Assembly: GCA_963758695.1 (NCBI GenBank)
Contig: CAVWWM010000009.1
Span: 263,521-327,520 of the forward strand
DNA from: an uncultured Actinomycetes bacterium
GTDB lineage: Bacteria; Actinomycetota; Acidimicrobiia; Spongiisociales; DATADW01
DNA length: 64,000 bases
Reading direction: 5' to 3'
Below the pieces are notes generated by a model. That model saw only the letters and a program-made list of their open reading frames with translations. It searched no databases and was not told the origin of the DNA. Below, in pieces: positions 1 to 9,505 of this stretch. The translations under genes and the position numbers were made by a program. Every line of letters begins with the position of its first letter. The first letter of the stretch is position 1.

Positions 1-333
1 GATCTCGGTCAGCAGCACGACCTCATCCGACGCGCTCTCTGGTGTGACCGGATGCTCACTCTTGAACTTGTTGTACGCCTTGATGATCAGGAAGACCACG
101 AACCCGACGGCGACGAAATTGATGATTGCGCTGAGCACCCGCCCAAAGGCGAAGGACCCGACCATCCACTGCCCCAGGTCGTCCAGCCCGGGGATCACCA
201 GCGCAATCAATGGGTTGACCACACCCTCGACTATGGCGGTGACGATGGCCGTGAAGGCGATGCCCAATACGAACCCCACCGCAACGTCGATCACGTTGCC
301 GCGATTGAGGAAGTTACGGAACTCCTGCAGCAC
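1..333 (-). CDS. mscL: large-conductance mechanosensitive channel MscL (3' end runs off the window)
   Basis: Reverse translation from GTG 331-333 (GGGAGGA SD upstream) gives MLQEFRNFLNRGNVIDVAVGFVLGIAFTAIV...FVVFLIIKAYNKF...VVLLTEI, the MscL TM1/TM2 and C-terminal signature. It is absent from the ORF track because no stop lies inside the window. Confidence 0.88.
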   Translation of the reverse strand, partial: MLQEFRNFLNRGNVIDVAVGFVLGIAFTAIVTAIVEGVVNPLIALVIPGLDDLGQWMVGSFAFGRVLSAIINFVAVGFVVFLIIKAYNKFKSEHPVTPESASDEVVLLTEI

Positions 334-378
334 CTGACATCCTCCCTTGGTCGACGGCCGACCTTAGGTGGGTGGTTG

Positions 379-831
379 TCAGGCCCCCCGCAACTCCAAC
401 CGACGCGCCCTGCGCTCGTCGGCCGCCGCGGCTCGGCGTATCTGCTCGTCGGTCTCGGCCTCCAGTGGTGGTACCGGCATGGGTCTCCCCTCCTGATCCA
501 CGCCGACCATCGTGAAGAACGCCGTGGTCGTGAGTTCGCTCTGACCGGTGCTGACAACCTCCCGCCAGACCTCGACCTCGACCTCCATCGACGTCCTCCA
601 CACCCTGGTGAGTTCGGCAACGAGGTGGACGAGATCGCCGACGTGCACCGGGGCGAGGAAGGCGAGCGAGTCAACCGATGCGGTGACCACCGCCATGGCT
701 GCATGTCGCACAGCCGCCAGCCCGGCGGCCGTGTCGGCCAGCCGCATGATCACACCGCCGTGGACGAACCCGCGGATGTTGACATCGCCCGGTTCCATCA
801 GTTCGACCAGTTCGATTCTCGACACAGGCAT
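379..831 (-). CDS. acyl-CoA thioesterase, hotdog fold
   Basis: ORF 379..879. The motif GFVHGGVIMRLADTAAGLAAV is typical of YciA/Acot-type hotdog thioesterases. ATG 831 (MPVSRIE) is preferred over TTG 879. Confidence 0.75.
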   Translation of the reverse strand: MPVSRIELVELMEPGDVNIRGFVHGGVIMRLADTAAGLAAVRHAAMAVVTASVDSLAFLAPVHVGDLVHLVAELTRVWRTSMEVEVEVWREVVSTGQSELTTTAFFTMVGVDQEGRPMPVPPLEAETDEQIRRAAAADERRARRLELRGA

Positions 832-838
832 CCTCAAA

Positions 839-859
839 CTTGATAGAATACGACTCAGG
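839..859. promoter_or_regulatory. HAIR-like inverted repeat (putative HspR operator) upstream of clpB
   Basis: CTTGATA-N7-ACTCAGG matches the consensus CTTGAGT-N7-ACTCAAG at 11/14 positions. It lies about 70 nt upstream of the clpB ATG. Confidence 0.45.
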
Positions 860-927
860 TTTTCTGCGTTGAACAGCAAGGCTCTGGGAATTGACCCTCG
901 AGGACGCTACACGGGGATGACACACCG

Positions 928-3525
928 ATGGATTTCGAGAAACTGACAACCAAGAGCCGCCAAGCGCTCATTGACTCCCGCCAGCTGGCGGTGGATGCGA
1001 ACCATGCGGCCATCGAGCCAGCTCACATGGTCACCGCCTTACTGGGGCAGACCGATGGGCTGGTCTACCCGCTGCTTGCCCGCATGGGGATCCAGCCGGC
1101 CGAACTGAGGATGCAAGCGGAGCGTGTGCTCGACGGCCTCCCCAAGGTGTACGGGGCAAATGAGCCTGGACTCTCCCCTGGGTTGAACCGGGTGCTCGAA
1201 GCGGCCGACACTGCCCGCGCCGATCTCAAGGACGACTACGTCTCGGTGGAGCACCTTCTCTTGGCTTTGTCGGAGTCGGATGACCCCATCGGCGTGGAAC
1301 TGCGTCGGCTTGGCATCGACCGGCAACGGCTATTGGAGGCGCTCGCCGCGGTGCGGGGCACACAGCGCGTCACCTCGCCCGACCCCGAGTCGACGTTCAA
1401 CGCACTCGAGCAATACGGTCGCGATCTCACCGAGTTGGCCCGCCGTCAGAAGCTCGACCCGGTGATCGGACGCGATGAAGAGATCCGCCGTGTGATCCAG
1501 GTTCTCTCCCGGCGCACCAAGAACAACCCGGTGCTCATCGGCGAGCCGGGGGTCGGGAAGACAGCGATCGTCGAGGGGCTGGCCCGTCGAATCGCCGACG
1601 GCGACGTGCCTACCTCGCTGACCGACAAGCGGATCATCGCCCTCGACCTGGGTGCCATGGTCGCCGGGGCCAAGTACCGGGGCGAGTTCGAGGAACGGCT
1701 CAAGGCGGTGCTCGACGAGATACGCGCATCCGAAGGGAGCGTGATCACCTTCCTCGACGAGTTGCACACCGTCGTCGGGGCCGGTGCCGCCGAGGGCGCC
1801 ATGGACGCATCCAACATGCTCAAGCCGATGCTCGCTCGGGGCGAGCTCCGCATGATCGGCGCCACCACTCTCGACGAATACCGCAAGCACATCGAGAAGG
1901 ACGCCGCCCTCGAGCGCCGCTTTCAGCCGGTCTTGGTCGAACCGCCGTCGGTGGAGGACACCATCGGGATCCTGCGCGGGCTCAAGGAGCGCTACGAGGT
2001 CCACCACGGTGTCCGGATCACCGATGCCGCCCTGGTGGCGGCAGCGGTCCTCTCCGACCGCTACATCACCGCCCGGTTCCTCCCCGACAAGGCGATCGAC
2101 CTCGTGGACGAGGCTGCCAGCCGGCTCCGGATCGAGATCGACTCGATGCCAGAGGAGATCGACGAGCTGAAGCGGCGCATCATCCAGCTCCAGATCGAGG
2201 AGGCCGCTCTGCAGAAGGAGTCCGACCGCCCCTCGATCGAGCGTTTGGAGTCGCTCCAGAAGGAACTGGCCGACCTCGAGGAGGAGGTCCAGCGGCTCGA
2301 GGCGCACTGGACGATGGAGAAGGAGGCGATCACCGCCATCCGCGCCACCAAGGAGCAGATCGAGCAATCGAAAGCCGAAGCGGAGCGCGCCGAGCGTGAG
2401 GGAGACCTGCAACGAGCTGCGGAGCTCCGCTATGGGCGGCTGCGCGACCTCGAACGGACCATGACCGAACAGGAGGCCCGCCTCGGCGAGCTGCAATCCG
2501 AGATGCGGATGCTCTCCGAGGAGGTCACAGAAGAAGACGTCGCCGAGGTGGTCAGCCGGTGGAGCGGGATCCCGGTGTCGCGCCTGATGGAGGGTGAGAT
2601 CGAGAAGCTGATCCGCTTGGAGGAGCACCTCCACAACCGGGTCGTCGGACAAGACGACGCCGTCGGGTCCGTCTCCAACGCCATCCGCCGCAGCCGTGCC
2701 GGTCTCTCAGACCCGCACCGTCCCATCGGCTCTTTCATCTTCCTCGGACCCACGGGTGTCGGCAAGACCGAGCTGGCGCGGGCGCTCGCCGAGTTCCTCT
2801 TCGACGACGAGCGGGCCATGGTCCGCATCGACATGTCGGAGTACATGGAGAAGTACTCGGTGTCCAGATTGATCGGCGCCCCGCCCGGCTATGTCGGGTA
2901 CGAGGAGGGTGGACAACTCACCGAGGCCGTCCGCCGCCGCCCCTACGCGGTGGTGCTGCTCGATGAGATAGAGAAGGCGCACCCCGACGTCTTCAACGTG
3001 CTCCTCCAGTTGATGGACGATGGCCGGCTCACCGACGGTCAGGGTCGCACGGTGAACTTCTCCAACGTCGTCGTGATCATGACCTCCAACCTTGGCTCCG
3101 AGTTCATCGACCCCGGACTCCCCGAGGAGGTCATCGAGGACCGGGTCTTGGGACGTGCGCGGGAGCACTTCCGACCTGAGTTCCTCAACCGGGTCGACGA
3201 GATGCTGGTCTTCCACCGGCTGAGCCCGGAGGACCTGAGGCAGATCGTGGACATCCAGCTTCGTCACCTGGCGCAGCGACTCGAGGTGCGCCGCATCACC
3301 CTCCACGTCTCCGACCAAGCCAAGGACTGGCTCGCAGAGCGCGGCTACGACCCCACGTATGGGGCGCGGCCGCTCAAGCGGGTCATCCAGACGCAGTTGG
3401 CCGACCCGCTGGCCATGTTGCTGCTCGAGGGGAAGATCTCGGAGGGCGACATCCTCAACGTGGGAGTGGCCGGCGACGAGTTGCTGCTGACCCCGGAGCC
3501 GATGGACCTCACCATCAGCGCCTGA
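928..3525 (+). CDS. clpB: ATP-dependent chaperone ClpB
   Basis: 865-aa ORF with two AAA+ modules ([32 protein letters not shown]), a coiled-coil middle domain and a Clp N domain. Confidence 0.98.
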   Translation: MDFEKLTTKSRQALIDSRQLAVDANHAAIEPAHMVTALLGQTDGLVYPLLARMGIQPAELRMQAERVLDGLPKVYGANEPGLSPGLNRVLEAADTARADLKDDYVSVEHLLLALSESDDPIGVELRRLGIDRQRLLEALAAVRGTQRVTSPDPESTFNALEQYGRDLTELARRQKLDPVIGRDEEIRRVIQVLSRRTKNNPVLIGEPGVGKTAIVEGLARRIADGDVPTSLTDKRIIALDLGAMVAGAKYRGEFEERLKAVLDEIRASEGSVITFLDELHTVVGAGAAEGAMDASNMLKPMLARGELRMIGATTLDEYRKHIEKDAALERRFQPVLVEPPSVEDTIGILRGLKERYEVHHGVRITDAALVAAAVLSDRYITARFLPDKAIDLVDEAASRLRIEIDSMPEEIDELKRRIIQLQIEEAALQKESDRPSIERLESLQKELADLEEEVQRLEAHWTMEKEAITAIRATKEQIEQSKAEAERAEREGDLQRAAELRYGRLRDLERTMTEQEARLGELQSEMRMLSEEVTEEDVAEVVSRWSGIPVSRLMEGEIEKLIRLEEHLHNRVVGQDDAVGSVSNAIRRSRAGLSDPHRPIGSFIFLGPTGVGKTELARALAEFLFDDERAMVRIDMSEYMEKYSVSRLIGAPPGYVGYEEGGQLTEAVRRRPYAVVLLDEIEKAHPDVFNVLLQLMDDGRLTDGQGRTVNFSNVVVIMTSNLGSEFIDPGLPEEVIEDRVLGRAREHFRPEFLNRVDEMLVFHRLSPEDLRQIVDIQLRHLAQRLEVRRITLHVSDQAKDWLAERGYDPTYGARPLKRVIQTQLADPLAMLLLEGKISEGDILNVGVAGDELLLTPEPMDLTISA

Positions 3526-3526
3526 T

Positions 3527-3545
3527 CTCCAACTCAGGGTTGGAG
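3527..3545 (+). terminator. stem-loop just after the clpB stop
   Basis: CTCCAAC-tcagg-GTTGGAG is a perfect 7-bp stem followed by TTGTCTCTG. The U tract is weak. Confidence 0.35.
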
Positions 3546-3605
3546 TTGTCTCTGTGGCGCGCTTCGAACCCTGGGTTGCGGGGTTGTCGCTGGCAGAATG
3601 TGGCC

Positions 3606-4055
3606 ATGGCCGATGTCACCTTCTCGCCGGAAGGACCGCCCGAGACTGTTCTCCCCGAGGTCGACCCGCAGGTCACGCTGGGTCTGTCGCAGGCGCTCTC
3701 GGGTGATGACCCGCGGCTGACCCTGGCGGCCGTGACCGCCGCCGAGCCCACCGTCTCGCTCAGCTGGGCAACACTCGGCGAGTTGGTCGAGAGCAGCGCC
3801 GCCACGGTTCCGCAACTGGTCGAGTCCTATGCCTATTTCCGCGTTGGATACCACCGCGGTCTCGACGCACTACGGGCCAACGGGTGGCGCGGATCCGGTT
3901 TTGTTCGATGGGAGCATCCATCGAACCGGGGGTTCCTCCGCTGCCTCGATGGGCTGCGGAGGGTGGCGGGGGCCATCGGAGAGAGCGGGGAAGCGCAGCG
4001 CTGCGCCGAGTTCCTCAACCAACTCGACCCAGGGTCCTACCCGGCGACCGCGTGA
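3606..4055 (+). CDS. DUF3151-family protein
   Basis: YAYFRVGYHRGLDALRANGWRGSGFVRWEHPSNRGFLRCLDGL...IGE...RCAEFLNQLDP matches the conserved actinobacterial DUF3151 core. ATG 3606 is preferred over 3540. Confidence 0.65.
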   Translation: MADVTFSPEGPPETVLPEVDPQVTLGLSQALSGDDPRLTLAAVTAAEPTVSLSWATLGELVESSAATVPQLVESYAYFRVGYHRGLDALRANGWRGSGFVRWEHPSNRGFLRCLDGLRRVAGAIGESGEAQRCAEFLNQLDPGSYPATA

Positions 4056-4065
4056 CCGTCGCCGC

Positions 4066-4782
4066 TCAGGTCTCGGAGGTGACAACCCTCCCGCTGGCGA
4101 GCCTTCGCTGGCGCTGGACCGCAGTCAGCACTCCGAGAGCATTGACGGCCCAGTGGAGCAGGAAGGGGGCGAGGATGCCGCCGCTCCATACCCGGAGCAA
4201 CCCAAATCCGAGCCCCGCCAATGTGGTGAGGACGAGTCCGCGCCACAAACCTGGCCACCCACCGGGGCTCCCCGGTGGCGACCCGTTGGCCCGAAGACCG
4301 CGGAGCACCGGGCCTACATGCCAGATGCCGAAGATGACGCTGCTCCCGATCACGGCTACCCATTGCGAGAAGGCCGACTCCAAGAGCGCAAATAGGATGC
4401 CGCGAAACGCGACTTCCTCGAGCAGTGCCGTTCCCAGCGGCACCCTGACCAGGGCGTGCCTCACCGCATCGGCATCGCTCAGCTCGGCGTAGCGCCGGTC
4501 CTCGAAGGTCTTCGCAACGGCCGGCACACGCTGCGACACGAAGAGCACCCCCGCCCCGGCGACCATGGTCACCGCTCCCCAGGCAAGCCCGGGAATCCAT
4601 GAGTCCTCTCCCAACCCGAGCTGGGCGGCGGTGAGCAGGGGCCGCGCCAAGAGAAGCATCGAGCCGGCCACGGCGAGATTGAGGACGACATAGCTGCGGC
4701 TCCAGACCTTCTCCCACAAGGAGATATGAGCCACGTTGTTGTAGACGGCGAGGAACACGGCAGTGACGACGAGGACTGTCAT
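4066..4782 (-). CDS. CPBP-family intramembrane glutamic endopeptidase (CAAX protease-like)
   Basis: Motifs EEVAFRG, FGIWH and HWAVNA in a multi-TM protein. The start is trimmed to ATG 4782 because the 336-aa ORF extension overlaps the next gene. Confidence 0.75.
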   Translation of the reverse strand: MTVLVVTAVFLAVYNNVAHISLWEKVWSRSYVVLNLAVAGSMLLLARPLLTAAQLGLGEDSWIPGLAWGAVTMVAGAGVLFVSQRVPAVAKTFEDRRYAELSDADAVRHALVRVPLGTALLEEVAFRGILFALLESAFSQWVAVIGSSVIFGIWHVGPVLRGLRANGSPPGSPGGWPGLWRGLVLTTLAGLGFGLLRVWSGGILAPFLLHWAVNALGVLTAVQRQRRLASGRVVTSET

Positions 4783-4924
4783 TAGCTCAGCAGTGTCATA
4801 CCCGCCCTGTCGAAGATCAACCTCGAGTGATTCCCGCCTTGCGAGAGCCGCCGCTACGAAGCGCGCTCCATCGAAGCTGGCAACACCGCCTCGGGTACCC
4901 TCGCCCGGTCGGGTGAGGAGGCTG

Positions 4925-6094
4925 ATGGAGCACAAAGAGCGGGCAGAACAACGGTTCGGCGAGGTAGAGGCCGAACTGCGCGAATTGAGCCAATGGATGT
5001 ACGACAACCCGGAGATCGCCTTCGAGGAGCACGAGTCCGCTGCCCGGCTCGCCCGGTTCCTCGATGGTCGGGGCATGGAGGTCGAGTTCCCCGCTTACGG
5101 TCTGGAGACGGCTTTTGTCGCCAGATCGGGTTCCACCGGGCCCGAAGTGGTGATCTGTGCCGAGTACGACGCCCTGCCCGCCGTCGGCCACGCCTGCGGG
5201 CACAACCTGATCGCCACCGCGGCGCTCGGTGCCGGGTTGGCGCTGGCGCCGCTCGCCGAAGACCTGGGTTGCCGAGTCACCGTCCTAGGTACCCCCGCCG
5301 AGGAGCAGTACGGGGGCAAAGTGGACCTCATCGGGGCGGGCGCCTTCTCCGATGCCGCCGCCGCCATGATGATCCACCCGGCACCATTCGACATAGTCGA
5401 CCCGGCGATGTTCGCCGTCGCCCACCTCGACGTCCATTTCCGTGGCAAGGAGTCACACGCCTCCTTCGCCCCCCACCTCGGGGTGAACGCGCTCGACGCC
5501 TTTGTGCAGGCCTACGTCAACGTCGCCACCCTCCGTCAGCAACTCTTGTCCTCTGACAAGGTGCATTGCATCGTCACCCACGGCGGTGACGCCGCCAACG
5601 TCATCCCCTCATCGACAAGCTCGACCTGGTATGTGCGGGCCCCGGAACGCAAACGCCTCGATGAGGTAATGGCCAAGGTTCAGGCATGCTTCGAAGCGGC
5701 GGCGCTGGCGACGGGGTGCACCGTCGAGATCGAGCCCGTCGGCCATGCGTACGACAGCCTGCGGAGCAACCCTCTGCTGGTTGATCTCTACGCAGCCAAC
5801 AGCGAGGAAATGGGACGCACCATGCTCCACGCCAGCGACTTCCCTCCCGAGGCGGCGGGGTCGACCGACATGGGAAACGTCTCCTGGGTGGTTCCCTCGA
5901 TCCATCCCTTGCTGGGATTGGATTGCTTCCCGGCGGTAAACCATCAGCCCGAGTTTGCCGCCAAGACCGTGACCGAGTCCGGGGAGAGCGCGATCCGCGA
6001 CGGCGCCCTTGCCATGGCATGGACCGTGATCGACCTGGCGGAGAAGGACCTGTGGGATGACCTCGATCAAGGTGTCGGCAAGACGAGGCACTGA
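4925..6094 (+). CDS. M20-family amidohydrolase / metallopeptidase
   Basis: AEYDALPAVGHACGHNLIA and the surrounding sequence are typical of M20D amidohydrolases. The start is ATG 4925 (MEHKERAEQ). Confidence 0.8.
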   Translation: MEHKERAEQRFGEVEAELRELSQWMYDNPEIAFEEHESAARLARFLDGRGMEVEFPAYGLETAFVARSGSTGPEVVICAEYDALPAVGHACGHNLIATAALGAGLALAPLAEDLGCRVTVLGTPAEEQYGGKVDLIGAGAFSDAAAAMMIHPAPFDIVDPAMFAVAHLDVHFRGKESHASFAPHLGVNALDAFVQAYVNVATLRQQLLSSDKVHCIVTHGGDAANVIPSSTSSTWYVRAPERKRLDEVMAKVQACFEAAALATGCTVEIEPVGHAYDSLRSNPLLVDLYAANSEEMGRTMLHASDFPPEAAGSTDMGNVSWVVPSIHPLLGLDCFPAVNHQPEFAAKTVTESGESAIRDGALAMAWTVIDLAEKDLWDDLDQGVGKTRH

Positions 6095-6176
6095 AGGCCG
6101 CGGCCCCGGCTCGATTCCCTCCGCCACAGAGAAGGCTCTGCCTCACCCGATGAGGGGAGGCGCGAGCGGAGCGAGC

Positions 6177-6248
6177 GGAGGGGGTGACTCAATGCGGGCG
6201 CGGGACACGAATCACCCTCCCCCAACCCCCTCCCTCACCGGGAGGGGG
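6177..6248. repeat. GC-rich hairpin module of the intergenic repeat family
   Basis: CCCCCTCCC-tcacc-GGGAGGGGG (6226-6248) is a perfect 9-bp stem. GGAGGGGGTGA (6177-6187) pairs imperfectly with TCACCCTCCCC (6212-6222). A tandem GCGAGCGGA x2 lies at 6162-6179. Confidence 0.6.
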
Positions 6249-6253
6249 CGCCG

Positions 6254-6281
6254 CGTCTTCCGTCTGCCGTCTTCCGCCTCT
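6254..6281 (-). repeat. heptanucleotide tandem repeat, 4 units (locus A)
   Basis: cgtcttc cgtctgc cgtcttc cgcctct abuts the TAG stop (6282-6284) of the ABC ATPase gene. The sense strand of that gene reads (GAAGACG/GCAGACG)n. Confidence 0.85.
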
Positions 6282-7046
6282 CTAGAGGATCTGACTGAGG
6301 AACAGCTTGGTGCGGTCCTCCTCGGGGTCCTCGAAGAAGTGCTCGGGGGTGCCGACCTCGACGATCTGGCCGTCGGCCATGAAGACGACACGATCGGCAA
6401 CGGCGCGGGCGAATCCCATCTCGTGGGTGATCACGATCATGGTCATCCCAGATTGGGCCAATTCCTCCATCACCTCGAGCACCTCCCTGATCATCTCGGG
6501 GTCGAGCGCCGAGGTGGGCTCATCGAAGAGCATCACCTTGGGCTGCATGGCGAGGGCACGGGCGATGGCGACCCGCTGTTGCTGGCCGCCCGATAGCTGG
6601 CCGGGGAACTTGTGCGCCTGTTCGGGGATCTTGACCCGCTCCAGCATCCGATGTGCCAGGCCCTCGGCTTCCTTCTTGGGAAGGTGACGGACCTCATGGG
6701 GGGCGAGGGTGATGTTCTCCATCACGGTGAGGTGGGGGAAGAGGTTGAACTGCTGGAAGACCATCCCGGTCTCGCGCCGGACCTCTTGGATGTGTCGGAT
6801 GTCGTCGGTCAACTCGATGCCATCGACGACGATCCGCCCGCGATCGTGCTTCTCAAGACGGTTTATGCAACGGACCAAGGTCGACTTACCCGACCCCGAG
6901 GGGCCGATCACGACCACCACCTCCTGACGACCGACCCGCATGTCGATCGAGTCGAGCGCCTGAAAATCGCCGAAGAACTTGCTGACGCCCTCCAACTCGA
7001 TGATCGCCTCGCCCTTGGCCTGCGTGGCGTCGGATATCTCTGTCAT
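6282..7046 (-). CDS. amino acid ABC transporter ATP-binding protein (AapP/GlnQ-like)
   Basis: Walker [10 protein letters not shown], signature [15 protein letters not shown], Walker [12 protein letters not shown]. Confidence 0.93.
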   Translation of the reverse strand: MTEISDATQAKGEAIIELEGVSKFFGDFQALDSIDMRVGRQEVVVVIGPSGSGKSTLVRCINRLEKHDRGRIVVDGIELTDDIRHIQEVRRETGMVFQQFNLFPHLTVMENITLAPHEVRHLPKKEAEGLAHRMLERVKIPEQAHKFPGQLSGGQQQRVAIARALAMQPKVMLFDEPTSALDPEMIREVLEVMEELAQSGMTMIVITHEMGFARAVADRVVFMADGQIVEVGTPEHFFEDPEEDRTKLFLSQIL

Positions 7047-8290
7047 CTCTCACCCACCCCGAGTCGCTTCTCCAGACGCCGCGCCTCACGCGACATTGTG
7101 TACGAGCCAGTCCAGAAGATGAGGGCGATGAAGGCCAAGGTGATCACGTCGAGACCACGTCCGAGAAAGTCCGGTTGGGTCGTCGCCAGCGTTGAGACAC
7201 GCAGCACATCGGTGAGCCCGATGATCGTCACCAGCGATGTGTCCTTGAAGAGCGATATGAACTGGCCGACCATTGCGGGGATCACCGTCCGCAGAGCCTG
7301 GGGGAGGACAATTAGGCGCGTGGTCTTCCAGGCGGGGAGTCCGAGCGCCTGCGACGCCTCCACCTGCCCACGTCGTATGGACTGGAGTCCGCCCCGCACT
7401 ATCTCGGCGATGTAGGCCGCCTCGAAGGCGGTGATGGCGATCAGGGCCCTGGTCACCTGCCCCGGCCGGAGGTTGACCGGGATGAGGAACCCGAGGGCGA
7501 ATGCAGCCATGAAGAGCAGCGTGATCAGGGGAACGCCGCGGATGAACTCGATGTAACCCACGGCGATGGTCCGCACCACGGGCAAGGTGGATCGGCGGGC
7601 CAGCGCCAGCAGCACCCCAATCGGGAACGCGAAGAGGATCCCGGCCGCTGTGAGGAAGAGGTTCAGGTGGAGGCCGCCCCACTGCTCCCAACCCACACCG
7701 CCCCCGGAGAGCACCAGGTAGATCGCGACCAACAATCCGAGCGCGATCAACCAGGTCCAGCGACGGACGCCGGCGGGGAGCCGCAGCCCGACGGCGTAAG
7801 CGCCGACCCCGGCGGCGACGCACCCCACGGTGAGCAGCGCCGGGATCCAGGTACGGGTGAGCGCCAGCAGCACCCCGATAAGGACGATCACCGGCCAGAA
7901 GCGACGCACCCAGCCCTGCGGAGTTGTGGACCGAGGGGGAGGGAGCCCTGACTCGGCGGCTCGGCCCGTTGCCGTGGCTCGAGCGGCACCGGCCACGACA
8001 CCGATCAGGACGGCGATGAGCCCGGTGGCGACCCAGGGACGCCATAGCTGGTCGCGGGGGAATCGCCCCATCAGGAACAGCAGGAGATTTACCCGGATGA
8101 TCTCCCAGTCGGCCTCGAAGAAGACCCAACGAAGCAGAAGGACTGCGCCCGCCACGAGGGCCCCTCCGACCAGGAGGGTGAGCAGGGTGTTGTACCAGGT
8201 GGAGAACAGGTTGCGCTTGGCCCACTCCCTCGGTCGCAACCTGGTCGATGGCGCCTGGTGCTGCTCGGGGGGAGCAAGCTCGACGCTCAT
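7043..8290 (-). CDS. amino acid ABC transporter permease (AapM-like)
   Basis: The C-terminal half carries the polar amino-acid permease EAA-type region ([18 protein letters not shown]). The start is ATG 8290, in an ATGA overlap with the upstream stop. The 645-aa ORF extension is an overprint. Confidence 0.85.
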   Translation of the reverse strand: MSVELAPPEQHQAPSTRLRPREWAKRNLFSTWYNTLLTLLVGGALVAGAVLLLRWVFFEADWEIIRVNLLLFLMGRFPRDQLWRPWVATGLIAVLIGVVAGAARATATGRAAESGLPPPRSTTPQGWVRRFWPVIVLIGVLLALTRTWIPALLTVGCVAAGVGAYAVGLRLPAGVRRWTWLIALGLLVAIYLVLSGGGVGWEQWGGLHLNLFLTAAGILFAFPIGVLLALARRSTLPVVRTIAVGYIEFIRGVPLITLLFMAAFALGFLIPVNLRPGQVTRALIAITAFEAAYIAEIVRGGLQSIRRGQVEASQALGLPAWKTTRLIVLPQALRTVIPAMVGQFISLFKDTSLVTIIGLTDVLRVSTLATTQPDFLGRGLDVITLAFIALIFWTGSYTMSREARRLEKRLGVGER

Positions 8291-9456
8291 CGCTCCACCA
8301 ATTGGAGCCTGCGGTTGACCACGTTGGCCACCAGCGAGATCACGATCGAGAAAGCGAGATAGGCCAGCATGAGAAGGAGGATGAGTTGGGGTGCCGGCTG
8401 CCCGTTCCCGATGGTCTGACGCACGATGCGTGTGATCTCCGCATATCCCACCGCCAAGGCGAGCGACGTGTTCTTCACGAAGTTGAGGAACTGGTTGATC
8501 ATGGGTGGGACGGCGATACGAAAGGCTTGGGGAAGCACCACGAAGCGGAGTCGCTGGAACGGGCGGAGGGCGAGCGCCTCCGCCGCCTCGGTCTGGCCCT
8601 TGGCGACCGCCTGGATGCTCCCCCGCACGATCTCGGCGACATGGCTCGCCGTGTAGAGGACGAGAGCCACCATCACCGCCACGAACGAGCCGAGCGCGCT
8701 GAACCCCCCTGCGATGCGCCGCCCCTCGAGCGCTGGAAGCGAGATGGTGAACGGCCGATCGAGGATCAGGTAGCCGACCACGGCGAAGAGGAGAAACACG
8801 CCGCCCGCCCACAGAGCCCGGTGGTGTGGCTCGCCGGTCCGCTCCGAAACCCTGGTTCGCCACCACCAGATGAATCCCGCCACCACGAGACCGGTGCCGA
8901 GCAAACCGAGGAACACCGCAAGGTTGGCGCCGGCACTCAGTCCGGGAACCGCGATGAACAGGTTGCTCACCACGAACCATCCGAATGGCGTGTAGCCCTC
9001 GCGGATCGGGGGGAGTTGCAGGATCACCGCGTTGAAGGCGAAGAAGATGATCAGCAGCGGCGGAATGTTGCGCAGGACCTCGACATAGACCGCCGCCGCC
9101 TTGGCCACCAGCCAGTTCGTCGACAACCGGGCGATGCCGACGATCACGCCGATGATGATCAGCAGCGGTACTCCGATGACGGCCAGTGCCAGCGTGTTCT
9201 TCACACCGACCAGCAGGGTGCGCCTTATGGCAGCTCGGGAGCTGATTGGGCTGCCGGCGATGTCGACCCCCGAGGGCTGGTTGAGGAAGTCGAAGTCGGT
9301 CGAGATCCCCGCACGCCGCATGTTGTTGGTCAGGTTGAACCAGAGGACGTAGAAGATGAGGATCACCGCCCCCGCCGCCACGACCTGGGCGCCGACGCGC
9401 AGCACCCTGGTGTTGCGCCAGAACGGGATGCGGGCTGCTTGGCCCGGTGCGCTCAT
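8287..9456 (-). CDS. amino acid ABC transporter permease (AapQ-like)
   Basis: 389-aa multi-TM ORF with NIPPLLIIFF, TEAAEALAL and LPQAFRIAVPPMINQF. Confidence 0.88.
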   Translation of the reverse strand: MSAPGQAARIPFWRNTRVLRVGAQVVAAGAVILIFYVLWFNLTNNMRRAGISTDFDFLNQPSGVDIAGSPISSRAAIRRTLLVGVKNTLALAVIGVPLLIIIGVIVGIARLSTNWLVAKAAAVYVEVLRNIPPLLIIFFAFNAVILQLPPIREGYTPFGWFVVSNLFIAVPGLSAGANLAVFLGLLGTGLVVAGFIWWWRTRVSERTGEPHHRALWAGGVFLLFAVVGYLILDRPFTISLPALEGRRIAGGFSALGSFVAVMVALVLYTASHVAEIVRGSIQAVAKGQTEAAEALALRPFQRLRFVVLPQAFRIAVPPMINQFLNFVKNTSLALAVGYAEITRIVRQTIGNGQPAPQLILLLMLAYLAFSIVISLVANVVNRRLQLVER

Positions 9457-9466
9457 CGGGTTTGGT

Positions 9467-9496
9467 GGAGGGGAGCGGCCCTGCGGCCGCCCCCCT
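9467..9496 (-). other. intercistronic GC hairpin between the binding-protein and permease genes
   Basis: GAGGGGAGCGGCC-ctgc-GGCCGCCCCCCTC forms a 13-bp stem with one mismatch. Confidence 0.6.
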
Positions 9497-9505
9497 CAGC
9501 GATGA

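Noticed and set aside
1330-2652. Long antisense ORFs inside well-supported genes (for example 1330..2652 in clpB, 12226..13665 in dxs, 45496..47382 in purA, 8248..9558 and 28179..29573)
   Set aside because: These are the stop-poor shadow frames expected in high-GC DNA. Their translations are low-complexity and R/G/P/H-rich, without recognisable motifs. The opposite strand encodes clearly conserved proteins.
7043-8980. 645-aa ORF suggesting a giant permease
   Set aside because: The N-terminal 230 residues are an R/G/P-rich overprint of the upstream permease gene in another frame. A proper ATG at 8290 sits in an ATGA overlap with the upstream stop.
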